Positions 7,788 through 16,020 of a DNA stretch of 30,605 nucleotides are shown here, piece by piece. The stretch is taken from NCBI GenBank assembly GCA_038231135.1, contig JBBRLX010000039.1, positions 1-30,605 on the forward strand, in the 5' to 3' direction. Source of the stretch: Candidatus Eiseniibacteriota bacterium (GTDB lineage: Bacteria > Eisenbacteria > RBG-16-71-46). The stretch's first letter is position 1; every line of letters begins with the position of its first letter. The notes under the pieces are model-generated. The model was not told the origin of the DNA, did no database searches, and worked only from the letters and a program-made list of their open reading frames with translations. The position numbers were made by a program, and so were the translations under genes.

Positions 7788-8226
7788 GCTGGTCGATGCT
7801 CCGATCGACACGGAACGCCTGCGGCGCGAGGCGGCGCAGCCGGCGTGCGGCGCGGTCGTGCTGTTCCTCGGCACCACGCGCGATCACCACGATGGGCGGC
7901 GCGTGACAGGCCTCGCCTACGAGGCGTACCGGCCGATGGCGGTGACGGCGCTCGCGGCGATCGAACGCGGCGCCGCCGAGCGATTCGAGATCGCGACCTG
8001 CGCGATCGTCCACCGGCTGGGCGAGGTGCCGATCGCCGAGGCCAGCGTTGCGGTCGTGGTCGCGGCGGCGCATCGCGGTGCGGCGTTCGATGCCTGTCGC
8101 TGGGCGATGGACGAACTCAAGCGCACGGTGCCGATCTGGAAGCGCGAGTTGTTCGCCGACGGCGATGCCGCCTGGGTCGCGGGAACGCCGCTAACGCCGG
8201 CGGCGCCTGCCGGTGACGCCGTGTGA
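7780..8226 (+). CDS. moaE: Molybdopterin synthase catalytic subunit MoaE
   Basis: CGAVVLFLGTTRDHH, LAYEAY, HRLGEVPIAEASV, HRGAAFDAC, MDELKRTVPIWKRE. GTG at 7780 overlaps the GNAT end. Confidence 0.93.
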   Translation: MAELVDAPIDTERLRREAAQPACGAVVLFLGTTRDHHDGRRVTGLAYEAYRPMAVTALAAIERGAAERFEIATCAIVHRLGEVPIAEASVAVVVAAAHRGAAFDACRWAMDELKRTVPIWKRELFADGDAAWVAGTPLTPAAPAGDAV

Positions 8227-10788
8227 TCGCAGGCTGCGGCGCGGGCGACGCGGAGCTCCGGTCGCCCCGGCGGTCACACGGTAGACGTGCACCGAGTACG
8301 GCGCCCACACGTCGGCCAGCTCGGCGCGCGTGATGCCGGGGGTGGGATCGAACGTGGCGGCGGCGTCGACGCGGTCGGCGGTGATCGCGGTCGCGCCGGC
8401 GAACGTGAGCGTGGCGCGGACCGGTCGGGTTCCGGGATTCACCGCCACCACGTACGTGCCCCCCGCGTAGCCACGGGTGGCGATGTCGAGCGCCGGGTCC
8501 GAGGTCGTGACACGCAGCGCGGGTGGTTCACGGGAGCCCCACACCGAAACGAGGCCGCGTAGCTCGCGAGCGAGTTCGGTGAGTTCCACCCACTTCCACT
8601 CGGACCCCGGCGTGTCGTGCAGGAAGCTGTAGGCGAACGCCCAGATCCCGCCCGCGCCATGATTGAGCGCGAGGAATGCCATCACCCGCATCTCGTCGGC
8701 GCTCGGATACCGCCCGGGCCCGGGGCCGACGGTGGGCCAATGACGGTCCAGATCCGTCGCGAACGCCTGGAACACGAACGCCCAACCGCAGCCGGCGGCA
8801 CGAGCAAGCTCGAGCGCCGGCAGGATCGCTCCCGGGCCCTTGCTGGGAATCGGGAACCTGTCGAGGATCGCGATGTCGAACGCGCCGAGGTAGGGGTAAT
8901 CCGCGCCGAGCCGGCTCGCGGCGATCATCACTGGATGCGCACTGTCGGCCGCGTGGATCGCGCCATACGCAGCGCGCATCGCGTCTGGATCCACGCCGTT
9001 CAGCTCGGGTTCGTCGGCAAGGTACCAGCCGCGCAGCGCCGGATGATCGCGCAGCGCTCGCACGCGGGCGGTGAAGTAATCGAGCTGTCGCGCCTTCACA
9101 CGCTCGAGATCGAAGCCCACCAGCGCATGCACGCCGAGCCGCTGCGCGGTGTCGAGGTAGGCGCGGACATCGGCCGTGGTGTTGAGGGCGACGCTGATCT
9201 GCTGGTAACTCATGAACGGATCGAACGCGGTGCGGCCGGCGTGTTCGAGATCGGCCGTCGTCGAGACCGCGTACAATCCGACGTCGAACGCGTTCACCGG
9301 TGCTCCGGCCGGCGCGTGCGGCGTGGTCACGATCGTGGTGAACGCCACGTCGCCGCTCGCGATCCCCACCCCCGGGCGGCTCTGCAGCCTCACCCGGGCG
9401 TGGACGCGCGACGATGGCGGCAGTCCGTCGATGCGGAAGCGGTGGACGCTGGCCCGGGCAGCGTCGTCGAGCGTCGCGCCGTACGCAGGCGTCGCACCGT
9501 AGTCGAGCGACGCGACACACGACGAGTCGGTCTCGACCACCACGGTCGCCGAGCGAGGGCCGACCTCGATCACATCGAGCGCGCGGATCTGGGGCGGCAT
9601 CGGAGTCGCCGGCCGGGGTTCCACGGTGATGTCGCCGAGCACGAGGTTCGCCGGGCCGTTGGCGTTCGTCTCGACTCGCACCGCCAGCGTGCGCGTCGCG
9701 TTCCAGTCGAAGTGACTGAACCAGTATTGCTTGAAACGCCGGCGTGGGAATCTCACGACGTTCCAGCCGTGCTGGAAGCCGCTGGTCGACGCCATCACGT
9801 AGTCGGGGCGGATGGCGGGGCTCGAGCGGGCCAGCACCCCCACACGTCCCATATTCTCCGGGGCGTCGATCCACAGGCGCAGGACCAGGTCCCAGTCACC
9901 GCTCCCGGGCGCGAACGGCCCGTCGCGCCATACGAACCGCGCTTGATTTGGGCCCAGCGGCAGCGACCAATCGCGGTCGCCCGTGGCCGTGCGCAGCGCC
10001 GCCCAGGTCCCGCCCCCCTGCCAGGCTTCACCGCTCACCCGGAGCGGCGCCGCACCGCGCGCGGCGGTGACCCCTGGGGGTGGCTGCATTACGGCCGCGG
10101 TCGTCGTCAGCGCCACGTCGCCGACCCACGTATCGCCGGGTATCGTGTCCGCGAAGAACGTGAGTCCCGGCCCGGAGGCGTCGGGCTCGTGGGGCGGTGC
10201 GATCACCGAATCCGTGAAGAAGCTCACGGTGTAGCGGCGCAGCGAATCGTCGAGCGGAATCGTGGCGTCGAGGCCGAGGTTCCGATAAGGACGGTATTCC
10301 TGCGCCAGCACCGCGCGCACGGTTCGCGGCGAGCTCGCGCGCGCGACGAAGCTCAGCGTGTGGAACGTCGCGGGAGCGATCGCCGTGAGGCGCCCGTTGC
10401 GCTGCGTCAGGTTCGGCGGGCGGGCGGTCCGATGCACCGACAACCGGACCATGAAGCGTGGCGGCGTTCCGACGTCCGTGGCGACGGGAAACCGCGCGCC
10501 GCCCGCCGGGCGCGAGGTGTCGTCGAGCGTGACGCTGTTCGCCGGGTCGTCCGCGACCGGGATCCAGTCCGTCAGCCCCGATTCGAACGCCCCGTTCGAC
10601 TCGAACGAAGCGGCGCCGGGCCGGGCCTGCGGCGCCCGGGCGGGTGGCGCCGCGGCGTTCGCGGCGCGCACGCCCGCCGCCGGAATCCAACTCGCCCCCC
10701 ACCAGGCGCCCGCGAACGCCAGAAGCCCGCAGCAGGTTCGTAACCCCGCGCGCAGCGGATATCCGGGGCAGCTCCGCTGCGGCATCAT
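8191..10788 (-). CDS. Secreted modular putative glycoside hydrolase: signal-like N-terminus, two CBM-like beta-sandwiches, FN3-like domain, TIM-barrel, C-terminal beta domain
   Basis: ATG 10788 overlaps the queG TGA (ATGA). CBM4/9-like 'SNGAFESGLTDW...TLSFVARAS'; second sandwich 'GWNVVRFP...FDWNATRTLAVRV'; FN3-like 'SATVVVETD...LDYGATPAYG...HRFRIDGL'; barrel motifs 'HPALRGWYLADEPE', 'LDRFP', 'FQAF', 'YPSADEMRVMAFLALNHGAGGIWAFAY'. Confidence 0.7.
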   Translation of the reverse strand: MMPQRSCPGYPLRAGLRTCCGLLAFAGAWWGASWIPAAGVRAANAAAPPARAPQARPGAASFESNGAFESGLTDWIPVADDPANSVTLDDTSRPAGGARFPVATDVGTPPRFMVRLSVHRTARPPNLTQRNGRLTAIAPATFHTLSFVARASSPRTVRAVLAQEYRPYRNLGLDATIPLDDSLRRYTVSFFTDSVIAPPHEPDASGPGLTFFADTIPGDTWVGDVALTTTAAVMQPPPGVTAARGAAPLRVSGEAWQGGGTWAALRTATGDRDWSLPLGPNQARFVWRDGPFAPGSGDWDLVLRLWIDAPENMGRVGVLARSSPAIRPDYVMASTSGFQHGWNVVRFPRRRFKQYWFSHFDWNATRTLAVRVETNANGPANLVLGDITVEPRPATPMPPQIRALDVIEVGPRSATVVVETDSSCVASLDYGATPAYGATLDDAARASVHRFRIDGLPPSSRVHARVRLQSRPGVGIASGDVAFTTIVTTPHAPAGAPVNAFDVGLYAVSTTADLEHAGRTAFDPFMSYQQISVALNTTADVRAYLDTAQRLGVHALVGFDLERVKARQLDYFTARVRALRDHPALRGWYLADEPELNGVDPDAMRAAYGAIHAADSAHPVMIAASRLGADYPYLGAFDIAILDRFPIPSKGPGAILPALELARAAGCGWAFVFQAFATDLDRHWPTVGPGPGRYPSADEMRVMAFLALNHGAGGIWAFAYSFLHDTPGSEWKWVELTELARELRGLVSVWGSREPPALRVTTSDPALDIATRGYAGGTYVVAVNPGTRPVRATLTFAGATAITADRVDAAATFDPTPGITRAELADVWAPYSVHVYRVTAGATGAPRRPRRSLRSHGVTGRRRRR

Positions 10789-12008
10789 GCCGCCACGCCG
10801 CGCGCGTCGCCGCGCGCGAGCTCCGCTTCGTCGCGCACGAACGCGTCCTCGTCGGTGGCCGCATGGTCCAGCGCCGAGAGAATCGCGGTGCGCGGCGATG
10901 CGTTCACGGCGGCCACGGCCGGCATCGCTGCCGCGATCCGGCCCAGCGCCCACGCGGCGTGCCCGCGCACCAGCGGTTCGTGATCGGTCGCAAGCAACCG
11001 GATCAGCGCCGGAGCGGCGTGGGTCGCACGCCGGTTGCCGAGCGCGACGCATACGTTGCGCAGGAATCCCGACCGCCGCGCGCGCCGTATCGGACTCGTG
11101 GCGAACAACTCCGCAAACGTGGCGTCGTCGAGGTCCAGGAACCGCTCCAGCGTCCAGCCGGTGAGATCCCGGGCGTGCAGCCGCGCCTCGCGCGCCGGCG
11201 GCGCGAACCGGTTCCATGGGCACACCGCCTGGCACACGTCACAGCCGAAGATCCAGTCGCCCACCAGCGGCCGCAGCTCGCGCGGCATCGGCCCGCGCAG
11301 CTCGATCGTGAGATAGGAGATGCAGCGCCGGGCGTCGACCTGGTGCGGCGCGACGATCGCCCCGGTGGGGCAGGCGTCGATGCAGCGGTGGCACGTTCCG
11401 CAATGCCCGCTCGCGAGCGGGGGATCGGCGTCGAGCACCTGGTCCGTGAGCAGTTCGCCGATCAGGAAGTACGAACCGAATCCGCGCGCGATCAGTCCCG
11501 AGTGCCGGCCGGACCACCCCAGCCCGGCGCGCTCCGCCCAGCCGCGCTCGAGGATCGCGCCGGTGTCCGAATAGCCCAGCACCGCGGCGCCGGGCAGCAG
11601 GTCGCGCACGAACCGTTCGAGCTTCCGCAGCAGGTCGCGCATCACCCGGTGGTAGTCCTCGCCCGCGGCGTAGCGGGCGATGCGGCCGAGTCGCGCGTCG
11701 CGCGCCGGTTCTGCGACGGGCGAGTGGCATAGCGCGACCGAGATCACGCTGCGGAGCCCGGTGAGCACGCGCCCGGGTTCGGCGCGGCGTTCGCGATGGC
11801 GGTCGCTCGCGAGGTAGCCCATCTCCCCGTGGCGCCCGCCGGCGAGCCACGCCTCGTAATGCCGCTGCGCTTCGAGCGGCCCGACGGCGGCGATGCCGGC
11901 GGATTCGAATCCCAATTCCAGCGCGCGGGCCTTGATCTCCGTCGCGGGAGACTTAGGGTCCGGACCCGCGCCGGCAACGGCGCCGTGGGGGCCGCCCGGT
12001 GCGGTCAC
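10785..12008 (-). CDS. queG: tRNA epoxyqueuosine(34) reductase QueG
   Basis: G.HGEMGYL, IARYAAGEDYH, DTGAILER, GSYFLIGE, two 4Fe-4S motifs CGTCHRCIDACPTGA and GCDVCQAVCPWN, RCISYLTIE, C-terminal HEAT-like 'RNVCVALGN...VRGHAAWALG'. Confidence 0.95.
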   Translation of the reverse strand: MTAPGGPHGAVAGAGPDPKSPATEIKARALELGFESAGIAAVGPLEAQRHYEAWLAGGRHGEMGYLASDRHRERRAEPGRVLTGLRSVISVALCHSPVAEPARDARLGRIARYAAGEDYHRVMRDLLRKLERFVRDLLPGAAVLGYSDTGAILERGWAERAGLGWSGRHSGLIARGFGSYFLIGELLTDQVLDADPPLASGHCGTCHRCIDACPTGAIVAPHQVDARRCISYLTIELRGPMPRELRPLVGDWIFGCDVCQAVCPWNRFAPPAREARLHARDLTGWTLERFLDLDDATFAELFATSPIRRARRSGFLRNVCVALGNRRATHAAPALIRLLATDHEPLVRGHAAWALGRIAAAMPAVAAVNASPRTAILSALDHAATDEDAFVRDEAELARGDARGVAA

Positions 12009-13024
12009 TTCGAGCGCGTGGTGTCGCGCGTCGCGCCGCCCGGCCGTGGCCGCGGGGCGAAGCGCTCCTTCGGCGCCGAGTTACCCGCGCGCCGCAATCC
12101 CACACCGAACGGCCGCACCAGCGACACGCGGGGGCCGACGAAGCCGCGATCGCGGATCGTGCGGGCGTCCTGCGCCGCATTCTCGGCCGCATGCCGGGTC
12201 GAGTCGGCCGAGATCACCGGCCGGCCGTTGCCGCCGGCCGGGCGTGACACACCCGACCCTGACCGATCGCGCGGACCGCCGGAACCACCCGGCGAACGGT
12301 CCTTGAGCGACGCGAGATCTCCCGGTCGCACCAGGTCCTGGATGCTCACGCGTGTCAGCGGTCCGGTCTTGCGCTCGACCCACTCGAACGGGGGGCCGCG
12401 GTTGATGCGCACGCCTTCGACCTGCGCGGTGTTCACCAGGGGCTTGAGCTCGGCCGTGGCGGCGCCCATCTGTTCGGGGGTGACGACCTTCGACGCCAGG
12501 TTCATCGAGCCGAGTTGCGACACGGGGACGTAGTTGTACGCGCCGCCGGGAACGTTGCCGTAGCCCGGCCCGCTCGGAGGCTGCGGCGCCCAGCCCACAT
12601 AGTCGTTGCTGGCGTTCCACGTCACCCACGCCGGTCCCCAATCCGCGCCCGGCACCCAAACCCAGCCCTGGAAGTCGTCGTACGTCCAGTTGCCATAGTG
12701 GTAGGTCGCCCAGCCGAACGGCTCGGAGGAGATCCACGTCCAGCCGTATACGTCGGTCGGCGCCCAGAACCCGTCTTCGTAGGGCTTCCACGCCACGAAG
12801 TTCACGTGCGGCCGGAACACGTAGCCGTACGGCTCGATCAGCACCCAGTCGCCGTAGTCCTGCATCGAGTCGTAGAAGATGCGATATTCGGGCAGTAGCG
12901 AGGCGCGCGCGGCGGGCATCGATTCGCGGTCGGGCACGATCGAGCCGGCGGCGCACGAGATCAACAGCAGCGGCAGCAGGGCCAGCATCAGCAGACGAGC
13001 GGACGAGCGTAGTTTGAGGTTCAT
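12005..13024 (-). CDS. DUF6600-like Trp/Tyr/Pro-rich predicted lipoprotein
   Basis: N-terminus MNLKLRSSARLLMLALLPLLLIS-C with lipobox-like LISC; 'FYDSMQDYGDW...WKPYEDGFW...GWTWISSEPFGWATYHYGNW...GWVWVPG..WGPAWV.W...YVGWAP'; disordered basic tail. Stop overlaps the queG GTG. Confidence 0.75.
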   Translation of the reverse strand: MNLKLRSSARLLMLALLPLLLISCAAGSIVPDRESMPAARASLLPEYRIFYDSMQDYGDWVLIEPYGYVFRPHVNFVAWKPYEDGFWAPTDVYGWTWISSEPFGWATYHYGNWTYDDFQGWVWVPGADWGPAWVTWNASNDYVGWAPQPPSGPGYGNVPGGAYNYVPVSQLGSMNLASKVVTPEQMGAATAELKPLVNTAQVEGVRINRGPPFEWVERKTGPLTRVSIQDLVRPGDLASLKDRSPGGSGGPRDRSGSGVSRPAGGNGRPVISADSTRHAAENAAQDARTIRDRGFVGPRVSLVRPFGVGLRRAGNSAPKERFAPRPRPGGATRDTTRSK

Positions 13025-13133
13025 GAACCGTGCCGGTTGGAGTTCGAGGGGTTCGCTGCGGGACGCTTGGAATGCCGTGAGCTTCCGCCGCGCTGCGTTA
13101 CGAGTCAAGCGCGGGTGTGGCATGATCGGCCGC

Positions 13134-15119
13134 ATGGCGGGACGCTCGGAATTGCGGAACCCTAATGCGAAACCGGCACCCCGGAAACGTGCGGCGGGCG
13201 CTGTCCGCGAGGCCGCGAATGCCCGCTCCCGCGCCGGCATCGGCGGGGTTCCCCGGGCGGATGGCGGGGGCGTCGGGGCCGGCTCCGAGCCTGGCTCCGG
13301 AGCCGCCGCCAATGCGTTGTGGGTCGGGCTCGGGATCCTCGTCGCCGGCCGGGCCGTCGCGGCGTGGCTGCCGTGGCGCGGCCTGTGGGGTCTGGACGTC
13401 CAGCGTTTCCTGGCTCCCGGGCTTGCCTGGGGGACGTGGGCGCTGCTGGCGGTCGCGCTGCTTCCCGCCGCCGGCCGCGTGCTGTCGCGGCCATTCGAGT
13501 GGTTCGGCGAGCGCATCGAGCGGTCCCCGTGGCTCGCCGCGCTGGGACTCGCCGCCATCGCCGCGGCGCTCGTCGCCGCGTTCCCCGACCGGCTGCACTT
13601 CGTCGGCGACTTCCTGATGCGCATCGGCGCCGTGCGCAAGGAGGAGAGTCCCGACATCCTGTCGCCGCAGGCGTTCCCGCTCGACCTGCTGGTGCACTAC
13701 GCGCTGCCGCTGGGGCTCGATCGCCTGGGCTGGATGACTTCGGATGGCGCGGTCCGCGCAATCGGCGCCGGGGGAGCCGCGCTGCTGGCGATCGCCGCGG
13801 TCGCGCTCGCGCGCACGCTCGACGGCGGCCCCGCGGCGCGCGCCGCGGCGTGCACGGTCGCGTTGTTCGGCGGACTGCTGTGTCTCTATACCGGCGAGAG
13901 CAAGGCGTTCGGGGAACTGGTCGTGATCGTGGTCGCGTTCGCCGCGTGCGGGCTCGCCGCGCTCCGGCGCGAGGCGCCGGTCGGGGACGGCCGTGACGCG
14001 GGAGGTGGTCGTGGCGCGGGCGCCATCATGGGAGCGGGGCTGTGTGTCGCCGTGGGCGTGCTGTTCCACCGGCTCGCGATCGGCCTGATTCCCGCGTGGC
14101 TCGTGCTCGTGATCGTGTGGCTGCGCGCCGACGGACGGCGCGTGCTGCGCTCGGTGACGGCGCTGCTCGCGATCGCGATTCCCGGCGTGGTGCTGGCGGT
14201 GATGGCGCCCCGGCTCACGGCCACGATCGCGACCTACGACCTGGGGGCGAACTTCGCGAGCGCCGAAGCGCGGGCATCCGGCGGCATGTTCGCGGCCGCG
14301 TTTCGACCCGCGCGGCTGCTCGACGTGCTCGACCTGCTGCTGTTCCTGTCGCCGCTCGCGATCGTGGCGCTGTGGGTCGGGTTGTCGGGTATCAGGCGTT
14401 CCCCGGGCTCCGTCGATCGCACCGGGGCCACCCACGCCGCCGCGCATGGAGATCCGTGGCGCGGGTGCTTCCTCGCCGCGCTCGTCGTGCCGTTCGCGCT
14501 GCTGATGCTGTTCGCGCGCCCCCCGCAGGGCACGCTGCGCGACTGGGATTCGTTCGCCACCTCGGCGGCCGCGTGCTCGGTGGCCGCCGCGTGGACGATC
14601 GCCCGGGTGATCGAGCGGTCGCGCCGCACGTGGCTCGTGGCCGCCGTGGCGCTCGGTGTGATCGTGCCCGCCGTGCAATGGCTGGCGCACTATTCGGATG
14701 CCGGGCGCGGCCGTGCGCGACTCGAGGCGCTGATGACCGGGCCGCCCGAGCGCCCCGCGATCGATCGCGCGCGCACGTGGGACTTCCTCGGCTGGCGCTA
14801 CTTCCGCGAACAGAACTATGACGCCTCGGTGCGCGCGTTCGAGGAGGCGAGCGCTGCCGCCCCGAGCCCCAGCAATCTCACGCACTGGGCGATGGCCGAG
14901 ACCATGCGCGGCCACCTCGATCTCGCGCTCGGTATCTACTCGCGCGCCGTGGCGCGGGACTCCAATTACACGCTGGGCTGGTTTGGCGTGGGCGTGAGCG
15001 CGATCAACAGCGGCGACCGCGCCGCCGCCGAGCGCGCCGCCCGCGCGCTGCAGCGGCTGGCGCCGGGGAACCCCAAGACTAGGGAGATCATGACGTGGCT
15101 GGGGCGGGGGCGGTCGTGA
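13134..15119 (+). CDS. Polytopic membrane protein with C-terminal TPR repeats (possible GT-C-like)
   Basis: About 12 hydrophobic segments, a 'HFVGDF' loop, 'RDWDSF', then TPR-like 'ARTWDFLGWRYF...ASVRAFEEA...GWFGVGVSA...ALQRLAPGNP'. A TG-g-CATGAT -10 (13118-13126) lies 7 nt before ATG 13134, suggesting a leaderless start; alternative ATG 13122. Confidence 0.7.
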   Translation: MAGRSELRNPNAKPAPRKRAAGAVREAANARSRAGIGGVPRADGGGVGAGSEPGSGAAANALWVGLGILVAGRAVAAWLPWRGLWGLDVQRFLAPGLAWGTWALLAVALLPAAGRVLSRPFEWFGERIERSPWLAALGLAAIAAALVAAFPDRLHFVGDFLMRIGAVRKEESPDILSPQAFPLDLLVHYALPLGLDRLGWMTSDGAVRAIGAGGAALLAIAAVALARTLDGGPAARAAACTVALFGGLLCLYTGESKAFGELVVIVVAFAACGLAALRREAPVGDGRDAGGGRGAGAIMGAGLCVAVGVLFHRLAIGLIPAWLVLVIVWLRADGRRVLRSVTALLAIAIPGVVLAVMAPRLTATIATYDLGANFASAEARASGGMFAAAFRPARLLDVLDLLLFLSPLAIVALWVGLSGIRRSPGSVDRTGATHAAAHGDPWRGCFLAALVVPFALLMLFARPPQGTLRDWDSFATSAAACSVAAAWTIARVIERSRRTWLVAAVALGVIVPAVQWLAHYSDAGRGRARLEALMTGPPERPAIDRARTWDFLGWRYFREQNYDASVRAFEEASAAAPSPSNLTHWAMAETMRGHLDLALGIYSRAVARDSNYTLGWFGVGVSAINSGDRAAAERAARALQRLAPGNPKTREIMTWLGRGRS

Positions 15120-15227
15120 CGTTCGGCGCGGAGTGACCGGCCAACGAGGAGGTCGTGATGCGGCATGAACGGGCGGGATAGTGAGCCGCGCCTGAATCGT
15201 TCCGGGGCGAGTTCATCGAGCGGCGTT

Positions 15228-15251
15228 CCAACTGGCCCCGGGGCCAGTTGG
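15228..15251. repeat. Perfect 24-bp palindrome between convergent genes (candidate terminator or binding site)
   Basis: CCAACTGGCCCC|GGGGCCAGTTGG, followed on the plus strand by T-rich CACTTCATTTCTTGT. Confidence 0.7.
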
Positions 15252-15330
15252 CGAGCACTTCATTTCTTGTGACTCTCATACTTGCCTCCGCAACGAACGC
15301 CTGAACGCGGCCATACGAGCCGGGCACACC

Positions 15331-16014
15331 CTACGCCGCGCCGAATCTCCGCAGCGCCCGCACGGCCGCCGCGCTCACGTGGGCGTCGCGATCGGCGCGC
15401 AGGCGTCGCAGTTCACCGACGTCGTCGGGGCTGCCGAACTCCTTCGCGAGGTCGCACGCCCACTCGCGATGGCGGGGATGCGCATCGCGCAGCCAGGCGT
15501 CGAACAGCCGGCTCCACGTGCGGGGCGTGGCGGTCTCGTGCAGCACCCACGCCGCTTCGTTGCGGATCGCGTCATCGGTCTCCACCCGGAACGCCTCGAG
15601 CATCGGCTCGAAATCGTCATCGCACCACAACCGGTGCATCGCGTGAATGGCGGCCTGCCGAGCGGCGGGCAGCGGTGACGACACGAGCGCCAGCACCCGA
15701 TCGCGAGACCTGGCGAGCCGCAGCGACGCAACGGCGGAGCACGCCGCCGCGATCACCGCGGGGTCGGAATCGTCGAGACGTCCGAGCACGAGATCCACGA
15801 GATCCCCGCCATCACCACGCTTGCCGAGCGCCTCGAGCGCCAGCCGCCGCAGCGCGGGCTCCGGATCGCGCAGGTAGAGCCCGAGGGCCTCGAGTCCGAG
15901 GTCGCCGAGCGCCGCCAGTTTCTCGAATGCCGGGCGGCGCGCCGGGCCGTCGCGCCGGATGATCCAGCGCAGCTCTGCGATCGTCTCCCGGTCGGAAACG
16001 TCGTCGGTGCGCAC
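15331..16014 (-). CDS. HEAT-repeat (PBS lyase-like) protein
   Basis: Repeated 'L.D.dP.vR..A..AL' units (LRDPEPALRRLALEALG; LDDSDPAVIAAACSAV; ADRDAHVSAAAVRAL). Begins 6 nt after the ETF-QO stop. Confidence 0.8.
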   Translation of the reverse strand: MRTDDVSDRETIAELRWIIRRDGPARRPAFEKLAALGDLGLEALGLYLRDPEPALRRLALEALGKRGDGGDLVDLVLGRLDDSDPAVIAAACSAVASLRLARSRDRVLALVSSPLPAARQAAIHAMHRLWCDDDFEPMLEAFRVETDDAIRNEAAWVLHETATPRTWSRLFDAWLRDAHPRHREWACDLAKEFGSPDDVGELRRLRADRDAHVSAAAVRALRRFGAA

Positions 16015-16020
16015 GGGCGG

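Noticed and set aside
10789..11235. ORF-track N-terminal extension of the hydrolase (1014 aa); likewise extensions of the ORFs at 12005-13657, 12879-15119 and 5645-6955
   Set aside because: The extensions overlap neighbouring real genes; downstream starts with ATGA coupling, signal peptides or -10 elements fit better.
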